Notes under the pieces: model-generated | Told to the model about the DNA's origin: nothing | Database searches by the model: none | What the model saw: the letters and a program-made list of their open reading frames with translations, nothing else | Translations under genes and position numbers: made by a program | In this document: piece after piece, positions 49,947-61,051 of the stretch | How positions within the stretch are numbered: the first letter of the stretch is position 1 | Layout: every line of letters starts with the position of its first letter | Source: Elusimicrobiota bacterium | GTDB taxonomy: Bacteria > Elusimicrobiota > Elusimicrobia > Elusimicrobiales > UBA9959 | Assembly: GCA_036574205.1 (NCBI GenBank) | Contig: JAINCQ010000034.1 | Location: forward strand, 1 to 64,000 | Direction: 5' to 3' | Length of the DNA: 64,000 bases

Positions 49947-50783
49947 ATGAAAAAAGCGGCTGTATTTTATAATTCAAATAATAAAGAAAATATAAAAATA
50001 TTAAATAATTTGGAAAAAATATTAAACAAGCGAAAAATTGAACTAATTAAAATTTGTGTTTTAAATAAATGTTTTAATAATATTAAAGCTGATTTTGCTA
50101 TTTCAATAGGTGGAGATGGAACTGTTCTTTATGCCTCACACTATTTAGTAAAAAATGATATTCCTCTTATTGCTATAAAGGGAGGAGGGCTTGGATTTCT
50201 TGGTAGCATTGACTCTGATGAAGCTGAAAAATTCATAGTAGATTATTTAAATAATAATTATAAGATTATCAATAGAACATTGCTTGAAGTAAAAATAAGG
50301 GATAAAACATTTATAGCTTTAAATGATTGTGTTATAAAATCGATGGACTTAAGAACATTTTATACAAAGATTTATTTTTCAAACGAATATATAAGCACTT
50401 ATTTTTCAGATGGAATAATAATATCAACTCCGACCGGTTCAACTGCCTATAACTTAAGCGCTGGCGGACCAATAGCCCATCCTCATTCAAGGATTATTTT
50501 ACTCACCCCCATATCTCCACATACACTTACCCATAGACCTGTTGTTCTTCCCGATACGGCTGTATTAAATATTAAAGCTATAGAGAAAACTAATCCAACT
50601 AATCCTAATATAATTGTCGCTATAGATGGACAGCAGAGCGTAAATCTTAAAACTGATGAAGTAAAAATTTTTACTCATTCTAAAAGTTTTAAAACTATAG
50701 TTGCAAAAAATTATTCATATTTTGAAGTTTTGAGAAAAAAATTAAGCTGGGGCGAAAGGGATGAAGTTTCTGTCAAGGTTTAG
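49947..50783 (+). CDS. nadK: NAD kinase
   Basis: 'GGDGT', 'GLGFL', 'ALND', 'DGIIISTPTGSTAYNLSAGGP'. Confidence 0.96.
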   Translation: MKKAAVFYNSNNKENIKILNNLEKILNKRKIELIKICVLNKCFNNIKADFAISIGGDGTVLYASHYLVKNDIPLIAIKGGGLGFLGSIDSDEAEKFIVDYLNNNYKIINRTLLEVKIRDKTFIALNDCVIKSMDLRTFYTKIYFSNEYISTYFSDGIIISTPTGSTAYNLSAGGPIAHPHSRIILLTPISPHTLTHRPVVLPDTAVLNIKAIEKTNPTNPNIIVAIDGQQSVNLKTDEVKIFTHSKSFKTIVAKNYSYFEVLRKKLSWGERDEVSVKV

Positions 50784-50797
50784 AGGATATGCGCTAA

Positions 50798-52417
50798 ATG
50801 ATAGAGTTTCTTGAAATTAAAAATTTTGCTATAATCAAAAACCTTAATCTAAAATTTGCAAAAGGCTTGAATGTTTTTACAGGGGAAACCGGGGCTGGAA
50901 AATCCATAATTGTGGAATCTATAAACTTTCTGTTTGGCGCAAGGTCTTATATAGAGAATTCAAAGCCTGTTGAGGTTAGCGCTATTTTTAAAGATGTGAA
51001 TATAGGCGAAGTTAATGTTAAAAAAATTGAAATAAAAAGAATACTTTTGCCTGATGGAAGATCAAAGTATTATATTGATAATGTACAAACGTCGCTTTCA
51101 AAGATAAAAGAGATATCTGATTATATAATAGATTTCCATTCACAGATGGAAAATAATTTATTATTTTCACCAACAAATCAACTTCAGATACTTGATGATT
51201 ATCTTAAAAATAATGAGATGAGAAAAAAGTTTGAAAGCCTATATCTTAAAATGAAAGAAATAGATTCTAAATTGAGTAATATTTCGCTAAGTAATATTGA
51301 AAAAGAAAAATTAATTGAGTTATATTCGTTTCAGCTTGATGAAATAATAAAAGCGGATATTAAGGATAATGAGGATATCGAAGTTTCTGAAAAAATAGCG
51401 AAATATAAAAACATTGAAAAATTGAAAAGAAATATTGAAAAAATAAAGGAATATTTAAATGGTGATAATGGGGTTATATCAGCCGTAGATAAATCTGAGT
51501 CTTTAATGGATGAACTTATTAGATTTGATGAATCTTTTTTCCCCTTGAAAAATCTAGTTAATGATATATCTATTAAGCTAAAAGATTTGTATAACACTTT
51601 ATCACAACATAACATAGCTGATGATGTAAATATAGATGATTTAGTTGCCAGGGATGAGCTTATCAAAAAAATGAAAAAGAAATATGGTCAGACGATTGAA
51701 GATATTAGGCGAAAGAAAATTGAGCTTGAAAATAAAATAAAAGAACTTTCTGAAATAGAACAGGACAAAGGAGAATTAATTAAGGAGAAAGAAAAACTTT
51801 TAAAAGAAATGGAACTTATTTCTTCTTCTTTAAGTTTAAGAAGGAAAAATGGAAAAGTTAAGTTTGTGGAGGAGGTTAAAAAAAGACTTTATAAACTTGG
51901 TTTTGATAAAGTTGGTTTTGATGTTTATATAACCGATGATGATCAGTTTAACCAGCACGGAAAAGATAAAGTGGAATTTTTATTTACCGCTAATTTAGAT
52001 ATGCCGCTTAAACCTTTAAGATATGTCGCAAGTGGTGGGGAGTCTTCAAGAATTTTGCTTTCAATAAAATCGCTTGTTTCAAAAACTGATAGCTCAAAAA
52101 TACTTATTTTTGATGAGATAGACAGCGGGGTAGGAGGCAACACCGCCTTTGCAATAGGCAGGATGCTAAATGAGATTTCTGAATATAATCAGATATTGTG
52201 TATTACCCATATGCCGCAAGTAGCTGTTTATGCTCATAAACATTTCCTTGTGGAAAAGAGATTTGAAAATAAAATTACAGAGGTAGTTTTAAAAGATATT
52301 AAGTCGGATGAAAGGATTGAGGAAATTGCAAGGATGTTTGGATCCAGTTATTCTCCTTTGACAGCTAAAAAACATGCGAGCGAACTTTTAAAGAATGTCT
52401 CAAAAAAAATTAAATAG
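50798..52417 (+). CDS. recN: DNA repair protein RecN
   Basis: 'TGETGAGKS', coiled coil, 'ASGGESSR', 'FDEIDSGVGG', 'ITHMPQVA'. Confidence 0.96.
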   Translation: MIEFLEIKNFAIIKNLNLKFAKGLNVFTGETGAGKSIIVESINFLFGARSYIENSKPVEVSAIFKDVNIGEVNVKKIEIKRILLPDGRSKYYIDNVQTSLSKIKEISDYIIDFHSQMENNLLFSPTNQLQILDDYLKNNEMRKKFESLYLKMKEIDSKLSNISLSNIEKEKLIELYSFQLDEIIKADIKDNEDIEVSEKIAKYKNIEKLKRNIEKIKEYLNGDNGVISAVDKSESLMDELIRFDESFFPLKNLVNDISIKLKDLYNTLSQHNIADDVNIDDLVARDELIKKMKKKYGQTIEDIRRKKIELENKIKELSEIEQDKGELIKEKEKLLKEMELISSSLSLRRKNGKVKFVEEVKKRLYKLGFDKVGFDVYITDDDQFNQHGKDKVEFLFTANLDMPLKPLRYVASGGESSRILLSIKSLVSKTDSSKILIFDEIDSGVGGNTAFAIGRMLNEISEYNQILCITHMPQVAVYAHKHFLVEKRFENKITEVVLKDIKSDERIEEIARMFGSSYSPLTAKKHASELLKNVSKKIK

Positions 52418-52444
52418 AAAACCGGTATTTTGTATAATATGATT

Positions 52445-53926
52445 ATGGAATACAATAAGATAAGAGTGAGATTTGCTCCATCCCCTACCGGGCATCTTCA
52501 TATAGGTGGAGCAAGAACTGCCCTTTTTAATTATCTTCTTGCTAAAAAATATAATGGGGTTTTTGTTTTAAGGATTGAGGATACGGATGAGCTTAGAAGT
52601 AGCGCTGAATCGATGAACTCTATTTTTGAAAGTCTTAAGTGGCTTGGACTTGATTGGGATGAAGGAGCTATGGCAGATGGCCGGGAGAAAGGAGATTTTG
52701 GCCCTTATATCCAGAGCAAAAGAGAAGCGATGGGAATATATAAAAAATATGTTGATTATCTATTAGAAAAAGGATATGCATATTATTGCTATTGTACTGT
52801 GGAAGAACTGGAAGAGATGAGGAAAAAAGCGCAACTTGAAAAAAGACCTCCAAGATATGACGGAAGATGCAGGAATTTGAGTAAAGAAAAAATTGAGCAA
52901 TATAAAAAAGAGGGTAGAAAGCCAGTAATAAGATTTAAAATGCCTGATGATGGTATTACTAAATGGAATGATTTAATCCATGGTGAATTGAAGTTTGAAA
53001 ATAGGCTTCTCTATGATTTTATAATGATTAAAGCAAGTGGATATCCTACATATAATTTTGCCTGCGTAATAGATGATTATTTAATGGGAATATCACATGT
53101 GATAAGAGGGGATGACCATATTTCAAATACCCCTTTGCAAATAAATCTTTATAAAGCTTTCGGATGGAAATTACCTGAGTTTGCTCATCTTTCTATGATA
53201 CTTGGCCCTGATGGCTTGAGATTGTCAAAAAGACATGGTGCTACAAGTATTGGAGAATATAAACGATTGGGATATCTTCCTCAAACACTTAAAAATTACC
53301 TTGCGCTTTTAGGATGGTCTACACCTGATAGTCAGCAGATATTTGAGGAAGGAGAACTTGAGAAAAAATTTGACCTTTCTGGATGTCAGAAAAACCCCGC
53401 CGTTTTTGATACAACAAAACTTACCTGGATGAATGGGGAATATATAAGAAAACTTTCAAAAGAGAAGTTATATGAATTAGCATTACCTTACTTAAAAGAG
53501 GCTGATATAAACCTTCAAAAAGCAAAAGTTAATCCTCAAGATATAGTTGCAATAGAACAGGAAAAATATAAACTTTTAAGTGATGTGCCAAAACTTGTTG
53601 ATTTTTTCTTTAAAGATGATATAGACTATGATGCCGATTCTGTTGAAAAGGTTTTTAGAAAACCAGAGGTTAGGGATATTCTTATTGGTTTGAAAGATCT
53701 TTATTCTAATATGGATGGTTTTAGTGAAGCTCTTATTGAAGAGAAAACCAGAGCTTTTTCAAAGGAAAAAGGATACAAAACTTCTCAAGTTTTTCACCCA
53801 CTTAGAGTTAGCGTAAGTGGAAGAGCATGTGGACCAACCCTTTTTAGAATGATGGAATATCTTGGTAAAGAGGCAGTTATTAAAAGGATAAATAAGTCTA
53901 TAGAACTTATAAATAAGCTATTTTAA
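52445..53926 (+). CDS. gltX: Glutamate--tRNA ligase (start at 52439 or 52445)
   Basis: 'RVRFAPSPTGHLHIGGAR', 'LRIEDTD', 'RLSKRHG'. Confidence 0.97.
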   Translation: MEYNKIRVRFAPSPTGHLHIGGARTALFNYLLAKKYNGVFVLRIEDTDELRSSAESMNSIFESLKWLGLDWDEGAMADGREKGDFGPYIQSKREAMGIYKKYVDYLLEKGYAYYCYCTVEELEEMRKKAQLEKRPPRYDGRCRNLSKEKIEQYKKEGRKPVIRFKMPDDGITKWNDLIHGELKFENRLLYDFIMIKASGYPTYNFACVIDDYLMGISHVIRGDDHISNTPLQINLYKAFGWKLPEFAHLSMILGPDGLRLSKRHGATSIGEYKRLGYLPQTLKNYLALLGWSTPDSQQIFEEGELEKKFDLSGCQKNPAVFDTTKLTWMNGEYIRKLSKEKLYELALPYLKEADINLQKAKVNPQDIVAIEQEKYKLLSDVPKLVDFFFKDDIDYDADSVEKVFRKPEVRDILIGLKDLYSNMDGFSEALIEEKTRAFSKEKGYKTSQVFHPLRVSVSGRACGPTLFRMMEYLGKEAVIKRINKSIELINKLF

Positions 53927-54000
53927 TCACCATTCAAACGTAAGGGGTTTTGTAATAATTATTTCATATTTTTGTATTATAGTAATATTAAAATTTATTT

Positions 54001-55950
54001 ATGAATTACTGGATATTTATAAATGATGAAGTAAAAGGGCCTTTAAGTATTGAAGAAATAGTTAATTCAAAGTATATAAATCCCGGTCTTCTTGTGTGTC
54101 CTGAAGAAATGGATGGGGTTAAACCTTCAAACTGGTATTTTGTAAAAGAGCTTCCTGAATTTGAAAAATATATTGGTAAATCAGTAGCGGTTGAATATGG
54201 TTTTGATGTTAATGAAATAATAAATTCTATTGAAGTTGGTGGGAAAGTTGAAAAAAATCGTGATATTTTTTCATCTGAAGATTATGAAGAAATTCTATTA
54301 GAAAACAATGTTTTGAGGGGGAAAATTGGTATAAAAGACAAGGAAATAGAAGAATACAAAAAGAAAACACTTTCTCTTGAATCAAAAATAGAAGTAATAC
54401 AAAAAAAATTAGATAAAACACTTGATCTTATAGATAAATATGAAGAAAAACTTAAGATTAAAGATAAAGAAATAGAACAGCTTTCCAGGGAAATTGAAGA
54501 GATAAAAAACAAGAAGCAATTTGAAAGTAAGATTAAAGAAATTGACGAGCAAAAGGTTTCTACCTCTACAGTTGAAAGTATTTCAGATATAAACTCTGAA
54601 ACTGAAGAGAAAGTTATTATAAATGAATTGCCATTGATTGATAATGTCCTTCAAACATCGGAAACTAAAACTGAAGTGGAGGCTCATGAGGATAAAAAAA
54701 CAGAGTCTGAAATTAGCGATAAAAATTTGGATTTGCCTCCTCAAAAAAGTATTGGAGAAATTGCAAAAGAAGATGAAAAAAAAGAATTAATTCAACCATC
54801 TGAAGAAAAGACAATTAATCTGGAAGAAGCAAATGCTGGTGATTTTTTTGATCCATTTTCAAGAGATTTTACAAAGTTGAAAAATGTGGATCTTACCCCT
54901 GGCCCTGAAGAAGAGCAAGCGAAAACCATAGTTAATGAACAGAATTTAAATGTTGCTTCTCTTTCATCATCTCCAATTAAAAAAGACGAGAATATTTTTC
55001 AGGTGGCGGATATAAAACTTGAGGTTGCTGGTGTTAATCTTGATGTTGTTGAGTCTAAAAACATAGAGCCTATAGAAGATTCTAAAATAGATCTTACCTC
55101 TAATGTAAGAGAAGAATACTTAGAAAAAAAAGAAGATAATAAACCGCTTGAGGAAATAAAGGATGAGAAAATTAAGGAATCTGAATCTTCTCTAAACATA
55201 AATGTGGTTGAAAGCGCAGGTGAAACAAAAAAAGAGGAAACTCCGGTTAATCTTAATGTTGACCCTTTGTCAAATGAAAAATTTATTAAAGAAACTGAGA
55301 AAAATGATAAAGTTTTGGTAAAAAATAAGGGAAATGTTGAAGTTAATCCTAAACCTAAGAAGAATAAAACCTTTTCAACGCTATTTAAAATTTTTGGTGG
55401 ATTGTTTTTTATAGCTTTTTTTGCGATATCTATTATATATATTTTAAAATCAGATTCTGGAAATATTGATTCAGAAAAAATATCAGTCAAGCCGAAGTTT
55501 CCTAAAAACGATATAGTTCAGGAAAAAATAGTTACAGATACTGAAAATACAACATCTTCTTCTCTTAATATCGCAAAGATAAACGAAAACGTAAAAAGGT
55601 CAATAGATATAGTTAAAAATTATGATTTAGGTGATGGTAAAGGAAATATAAGCAGATGGTTTTCAAATGTGTTCTCAGCAAGTAGTCAGGTTAAAGAAGA
55701 ATGGAATGCTACTTACTTAAGTGGCAATCTTTTTGTTGTTCAGTACAGAGTTTTAAGATATAAGAACGAACCTATAGTATATTTATTTGAGGTTGATGTG
55801 GATAAAAACAAAATAGTAAGGGGAATAAACAATAACGCCATAGATCTACTTTCAGGAAAAAGAACTTCTTCTAAAAATAATGTTAATAAATCTATAGCGA
55901 AAAATAAAAAAATATTGGAAAATCTGGAAAAAGATGAAGAGATGTTTTGA
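54001..55950 (+). CDS. GYF_2-like domain, coiled coil, acidic linker, single TM and C-terminal domain protein
   Basis: 'YWIFINDEVKGPLSIEEI...LV...W....LPEF' GYF_2-like start; TM 'IFGGLFFIAFFAISIIYIL'. Confidence 0.7.
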   Translation: MNYWIFINDEVKGPLSIEEIVNSKYINPGLLVCPEEMDGVKPSNWYFVKELPEFEKYIGKSVAVEYGFDVNEIINSIEVGGKVEKNRDIFSSEDYEEILLENNVLRGKIGIKDKEIEEYKKKTLSLESKIEVIQKKLDKTLDLIDKYEEKLKIKDKEIEQLSREIEEIKNKKQFESKIKEIDEQKVSTSTVESISDINSETEEKVIINELPLIDNVLQTSETKTEVEAHEDKKTESEISDKNLDLPPQKSIGEIAKEDEKKELIQPSEEKTINLEEANAGDFFDPFSRDFTKLKNVDLTPGPEEEQAKTIVNEQNLNVASLSSSPIKKDENIFQVADIKLEVAGVNLDVVESKNIEPIEDSKIDLTSNVREEYLEKKEDNKPLEEIKDEKIKESESSLNINVVESAGETKKEETPVNLNVDPLSNEKFIKETEKNDKVLVKNKGNVEVNPKPKKNKTFSTLFKIFGGLFFIAFFAISIIYILKSDSGNIDSEKISVKPKFPKNDIVQEKIVTDTENTTSSSLNIAKINENVKRSIDIVKNYDLGDGKGNISRWFSNVFSASSQVKEEWNATYLSGNLFVVQYRVLRYKNEPIVYLFEVDVDKNKIVRGINNNAIDLLSGKRTSSKNNVNKSIAKNKKILENLEKDEEMF

Positions 55951-55977
55951 TATTTTGTATAGTATAATTATATTAAG

Positions 55978-57741
55978 ATGGCTAATTTTAAAATAAATAT
56001 ATCCCGTAAATTAGGAGAAATCCTTGTTTCAAGTTCCCTTATAACTCAAGATCAATTAAATGAAGCGCTTGATTTTCAAAGTAAAAATGGAATGAAACTT
56101 GGACAAATATTGATAGAAAAAGGATATATAACTGAAAGACAACTCCTTGAATTTTTAAGCAGACAATTTTCAATAAGATTTGTTGAGTTATCAAAAGTAG
56201 AGCTGGATCCAAAAATAGTAACAATTATTCCTGAAAATATAGCAAGAAGATATACCTTGATAGCAGTTGATAAGAAAAACAATCTTTTAAGTGTTGCTAT
56301 GGTTGATCCTTTGAATATAGTCGTTCTTGACGAGTTGAAACTTATGACAGGTTATAATGTTGAGCCTGTTTTCGCTCTTGAAGAGGATATATCTTTGGCT
56401 ATTGATAAATACTATGGAGTAAAATCATCAAAGGAGGCCTTGGACGAAATACTTAAAAAAACTCAAAGTTCTGAGGGAGATGGGGATCTGTCAGTTGTTG
56501 AAAGTAAAGAGAACGAAAAAGACGATATAATATCGCTTGAAAACAAAGGGGAATCTGCCCCAATAATCAAAATGGTAAATATAATTATATCCTCTGCTAT
56601 AAAAGCTCATGCATCGGATATACATATAGAGCCGGGATATAGAGAGACTAAGATAAGGTTTAGAATAGATGGAGTGCTTCATCCTCAACCTTCAATCCCC
56701 AAAAAATTTCACAACGCAATTATTTCAAGACTTAAAATAATGTCTGAACTTGATATATCTGAGAAAAGAATTCCGCAGGATGGAAGGATAAAGATAAAGG
56801 TTTTAGAAAAAGAAATAGATTTAAGAATTTCAGTTTTACCATGTGTATATGGCGAAAAGGTGGTCATGAGAATACTTGACTCCTCAGGGCTTAAGTTAAA
56901 GATTGAAGATTTAGGCTTTGAACCTGAAAATTTTGCAATATTTTCAAAATGTATTAAAGCTCCTCATGGGATAAACTTAATAACAGGACCAACTGGATCT
57001 GGAAAGTCCACTACTTTATATTCTGCTCTTGCCACATTAAACACTCCGGACGTTAATATATCTACGATAGAAGACCCTGTTGAGTATAACCTTGAAGGGA
57101 TAAATCAGGTAAGTGTAAATCCAGATGTCGGGCTTACATTTGCAAGTGGTTTAAGGTCTTTTTTAAGACAGGATCCAGATATTATAATGGTTGGTGAGAT
57201 AAGGGATTTTGAAACAATGTCCATTGCTATTAACGCAGCAATGACTGGACATCTTGTATTTTCAACTCTTCATACAAATGATGCTCCTGGCGCAATTACA
57301 AGAATAGGGATGATGGGAATTGAACCTTTTTTAACTTCGTCCACTCTTTTAATGGTTGTTGCTCAAAGATTGGTAAGAACTATTTGTAAAAACTGTAAAG
57401 AGCCTTATGAGATAAAGCCTGAATTAGTAGCGGGACTTGGCGCGTCCAAAAACCTTATAGAGCAAAACATGCAAAATGGAAAACTTTTCCTTTACAAAGG
57501 TAAAGGTTGTGAAAAATGTTCCAATACAGGTTATAAGGGAAGGGTTGGGATTCATGAAATACTTGAAATAACCGATCCAATAAGAGAGTTGATAATAGAA
57601 AAAGCAAGCTCCAATAAGATAAAAGAGGTTGCCAAAAAAATGGGGATGATAACATTAAGAGAGTCAGCATTAAGAAAAATGATGAATGGGCTTACTACTG
57701 TTGAAGAGGTTATGAGGGTTACAGGGACGGACGTGGATTAG
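55978..57741 (+). CDS. pilB: Type IV pilus assembly ATPase
   Basis: MshEN-like N-terminus, 'ASDIHIEP', 'GPTGSGKSTT', 'LRQDPD', tetracysteine motif. Confidence 0.95.
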   Translation: MANFKINISRKLGEILVSSSLITQDQLNEALDFQSKNGMKLGQILIEKGYITERQLLEFLSRQFSIRFVELSKVELDPKIVTIIPENIARRYTLIAVDKKNNLLSVAMVDPLNIVVLDELKLMTGYNVEPVFALEEDISLAIDKYYGVKSSKEALDEILKKTQSSEGDGDLSVVESKENEKDDIISLENKGESAPIIKMVNIIISSAIKAHASDIHIEPGYRETKIRFRIDGVLHPQPSIPKKFHNAIISRLKIMSELDISEKRIPQDGRIKIKVLEKEIDLRISVLPCVYGEKVVMRILDSSGLKLKIEDLGFEPENFAIFSKCIKAPHGINLITGPTGSGKSTTLYSALATLNTPDVNISTIEDPVEYNLEGINQVSVNPDVGLTFASGLRSFLRQDPDIIMVGEIRDFETMSIAINAAMTGHLVFSTLHTNDAPGAITRIGMMGIEPFLTSSTLLMVVAQRLVRTICKNCKEPYEIKPELVAGLGASKNLIEQNMQNGKLFLYKGKGCEKCSNTGYKGRVGIHEILEITDPIRELIIEKASSNKIKEVAKKMGMITLRESALRKMMNGLTTVEEVMRVTGTDVD

Positions 57742-57779
57742 AAAATAAATGTTTTGAATCTGATCAAATCATATAACTC

Positions 57780-57808
57780 TTGAAAAAATAAAGTTAAATT
57801 GATATTAT
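57780..57808 (+). promoter_or_regulatory. Putative sigma70 promoter for pilT-pilC
   Basis: TTGAAA, 17-bp spacer, TGaTATTAT. Confidence 0.45.
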
Positions 57809-57853
57809 TTTATTAATAGGCATTTAAATTTATTTTATTAAAACGAGGATACT

Positions 57854-58930
57854 ATGGTTACAATGAGCGATCTTTTCATATTGATGCACGAAAAAAAAGC
57901 AAGTGATTTACATCTTACAGCTGGCGCATCCCCAATGTTAAGGGTTGATGGAGATCTTATCCCAACTCCATATGAGAAGTTAACCCCGGAGGTGTGTCAG
58001 ACTCTTATATTTTCCCTTATGACTGATGCACAGAGGCAAAAATTTGAAGCAACAAACGAACTTGATTTCGCTTTTGGAATAAAAGGACTTGGAAGATTAA
58101 GGATGAATGTTTATAGACAGCGTGGGGTTGTTGGAGCGGCTATAAGGGCGATACCCAACAAATTTATGACATTTGATGAGCTTGGCCTTCCTCAGGTCAC
58201 TTATGATATAATGAAACTTCAAAAAGGACTTGTTCTTGTTACAGGTCCTACTGGTTCAGGTAAATCTACAACACTTGCTTCCATGATAGATTATCTAAAT
58301 GAAAATGCGAATTACCATATAATGACTATTGAGGACCCTATAGAATACGTTCACACCCATAAAAAAAGCATAGTTAATCAAAGAGAATTGGGTGCAGATA
58401 CGGAATCTTTCGCTCAGGCTTTAAGGCACGTTTTAAGACAGGATCCAAATGTTATACTGATTGGCGAGATGAGAGACTTAGAGACAATAAGCGCTGCTTT
58501 GAATATTGCTGAAACAGGACACCTTGTTTTTGCTACTTTACATACCTCTGATGCTGCTCAAACTATAAACAGGATAATAGACGTTTTTCCTCCGCATCAA
58601 CAGGAGCAAATAAGAGTTCAGCTTTCTTTTGTCCTTCAAGCTGTTTATGCACAGCAGCTTGTAAATGCGGCTTCAGGCAAAGGAAGGGTTTTGGCTTGCG
58701 AGGTTTTGATAGCTAATTCTGCAGTGAGAAACCTTATCAGGGAAAGAAAAATAGAGCAGATAAATACAATAATTCAGACTGGCGGTAAGTTTGGTATGGT
58801 GACTATGAATCAATCCCTTGTTGAACTATATAAGAAACAGAAGATAACTTATCAGGAGGCGATAAATAGATCCCCTGATCCTGAAGATTTGAAAAAATTG
58901 TTGCAGAAATCGGTTTTGGGGAGTAACTAA
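57854..58930 (+). CDS. pilT: Type IV pilus retraction ATPase
   Basis: 'ASDLHLTAG', 'GPTGSGKSTT', 'AETGHLVFATLHT', 'AVRNLIRE'. Confidence 0.97.
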   Translation: MVTMSDLFILMHEKKASDLHLTAGASPMLRVDGDLIPTPYEKLTPEVCQTLIFSLMTDAQRQKFEATNELDFAFGIKGLGRLRMNVYRQRGVVGAAIRAIPNKFMTFDELGLPQVTYDIMKLQKGLVLVTGPTGSGKSTTLASMIDYLNENANYHIMTIEDPIEYVHTHKKSIVNQRELGADTESFAQALRHVLRQDPNVILIGEMRDLETISAALNIAETGHLVFATLHTSDAAQTINRIIDVFPPHQQEQIRVQLSFVLQAVYAQQLVNAASGKGRVLACEVLIANSAVRNLIRERKIEQINTIIQTGGKFGMVTMNQSLVELYKKQKITYQEAINRSPDPEDLKKLLQKSVLGSN

Positions 58931-58938
58931 ATTATAAA

Positions 58939-60138
58939 ATGATTTTTTTATACAAAGCTAAAGATCCAAATGGAAAAATTCTTGAGGGTGAAATAGATGC
59001 TAATAATCAATCTGAGGCAATATCCAGATTAAGAGCTCAAAAACTTTCAATAGTAAGTATAAATCAATCAAAACAGAAAAAACTAAAAGGTGGAAGTGTA
59101 AAATCGAAGGATATAGTTATATTTTCAAGACAACTTTCTACCCTTGTTTCAAGCGGTGTCCCAATAATTCAAAGTTTAACTATACTTGAATCTCAAGCAG
59201 AAAATAAAAATTTTGCAAAGGTGATAGGTAGTATTAAAAAGGACATAGAAAGCGGACTTTCAATATCCGATGCTATGGCGAAACATTCAAAAATTTTTTC
59301 AGAGCTTTATGTTTCGATGATAAAAGCCGGGGAAGTGGGGGGAATACTTGATACAATATTAGACAGACTTTCTTCTTATTTAGAATCTGCCGCGGCGCTT
59401 AGAGATAAGGTTAAAAGCGCGCTTATGTATCCTATGATAGTTGGTGGGATAGCGGTAGCTATTACAATATTTCTTGTAATATTTGTAATCCCGATATTTA
59501 AAAATATATTTCAGAGTTTTGGAGCTGAGCTGCCTTTTATGACAAGAATTGTTATAGGCGTTTCAGATTTTTTTAAGTCAAACATAGTATATATCCTTTT
59601 TATGTGTGGGGGAGTATTTTTTGGTCTTAAAAAATATGCAAAGAGCGAAAAAGGCCGCAGGAATATTGATGCCATTCTATTAAAACTTCCTATTTTTGGA
59701 GTTATATTTAAAAAAGTTGCCATAGCAAAATTCGCAAGAACACTCGGAACTCTTATAAAATCTGGTGTGCCTATATTGCAGGGGCTTGAAACTGTTGCCA
59801 AAACAAGCGGAAATAAAATTATAGAAGAAATAGTGACTAACAGTATGAAATCGATTAGAGAGGGTGGAAAAATATCTGATCCACTTAAGAAATCTGATGT
59901 TTTCCCATCCATGGTAGTTCAGATGATAGCAGTTGGAGAAGAAACTGGAAGCCTTGATAATATGTTGTTTAAAATAGCCGATTTTTATGATCAGGAGGTT
60001 GATGCCTCAGTAAAAGGACTTACTTCCATGATAGAGCCGCTTGTTATGGTCTTTATGGGAGTGGTTATAGGTTTTATAGTTATAGCAATGTTTATCCCGA
60101 TGTTTCAGATGGGAGATCTTGCTTCAAAACAAGGTTAA
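58939..60138 (+). CDS. pilC: Type IV pilus platform protein (GspF family)
   Basis: 'FSRQLSTLVSSGVP', 'AGEVGG.LD..L', 'ALMYP', 'VGEETGSLD'. Confidence 0.95.
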   Translation: MIFLYKAKDPNGKILEGEIDANNQSEAISRLRAQKLSIVSINQSKQKKLKGGSVKSKDIVIFSRQLSTLVSSGVPIIQSLTILESQAENKNFAKVIGSIKKDIESGLSISDAMAKHSKIFSELYVSMIKAGEVGGILDTILDRLSSYLESAAALRDKVKSALMYPMIVGGIAVAITIFLVIFVIPIFKNIFQSFGAELPFMTRIVIGVSDFFKSNIVYILFMCGGVFFGLKKYAKSEKGRRNIDAILLKLPIFGVIFKKVAIAKFARTLGTLIKSGVPILQGLETVAKTSGNKIIEEIVTNSMKSIREGGKISDPLKKSDVFPSMVVQMIAVGEETGSLDNMLFKIADFYDQEVDASVKGLTSMIEPLVMVFMGVVIGFIVIAMFIPMFQMGDLASKQG

Positions 60139-60207
60139 TCATTTTAGGTTGCTGTAATTGTTGAATAAAAGCAATATAATTGCGAAGGTTTAACGAAACT
60201 TATTGAG

Positions 60208-61011
60208 GTGTTTATGAATAATTTTGAAATCATACATAGATTAAACGAAGATATAACAAATAAAAAAACAGTTGCCGTAGTTACCATAATTTCAGTTTCT
60301 GGATCAACTCCAAGAGATGAAGGCTCAAAGATGCTTGTTTATGCTGATGGATCTATATGTGGAACTATAGGCGGAGGAGTGCTGGAAAAACTTGCTATAG
60401 ATGAAGCTTTAAAATGTATAAAAGACAGGAAAAATAAGAAAGTTAGTTTTAATCTTACTCCAAAAGGCATAGACGCTTTATGTATGGGTAAAGTTGAAAT
60501 TATGATTGAGGTTTATTCCTGGCCTTTTAAAGTTGTAATATTAGGAGGTGGGCATGTAGCAAAAAGCCTTGCCAAATTGCTTGATTTTGTTTCAATCCCT
60601 TATATCGTTGTAGATGAAAGAAAGGATTTTGCAAACAGAGATAATTTTCCAGGAGCTTTAAAAATAATTAATGAATTACCTCATAAGTCTATTAAAAAAG
60701 ATATTATAATTGATTCAAATACTTATATTGTTATAGTTACTCGCGGTCATTTGCTTGATAAAGAGTGTCTTATTGAAGCTATTAAAACAGATGCGCGTTA
60801 TATTGGTATGATAGGTAGCAGAAGCAAGGTAAAGGAAATTTTTAAAGAATTGAATAAGAAAAAAATATATCCACAAAAAGACAAAAGAGTTTTTTCTCCT
60901 ATAGGGATTAATCTCGGAGGAAAGACTCCAAATGAGATTTCTATCTCTATAATTGCAGAAATACTTTCCGTTATGTATAATACAGAAATTAAGCATATGA
61001 GAAGTTTTTAA
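60208..61011 (+). CDS. XdhC/CoxI-family molybdoenzyme accessory protein
   Basis: 'GSTPR..GSKMLV', 'GTIGGG', 'GGGHV', 'VTRGH..D', 'YIGMIGS', 'PIG..LGGKTP.EI.ISI.AE'. Confidence 0.92.
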   Translation: MFMNNFEIIHRLNEDITNKKTVAVVTIISVSGSTPRDEGSKMLVYADGSICGTIGGGVLEKLAIDEALKCIKDRKNKKVSFNLTPKGIDALCMGKVEIMIEVYSWPFKVVILGGGHVAKSLAKLLDFVSIPYIVVDERKDFANRDNFPGALKIINELPHKSIKKDIIIDSNTYIVIVTRGHLLDKECLIEAIKTDARYIGMIGSRSKVKEIFKELNKKKIYPQKDKRVFSPIGINLGGKTPNEISISIIAEILSVMYNTEIKHMRSF

Positions 61012-61051
61012 TATAGCTTTTTTTTTGTAAAATATAGTTAGGAGGTTTTTT

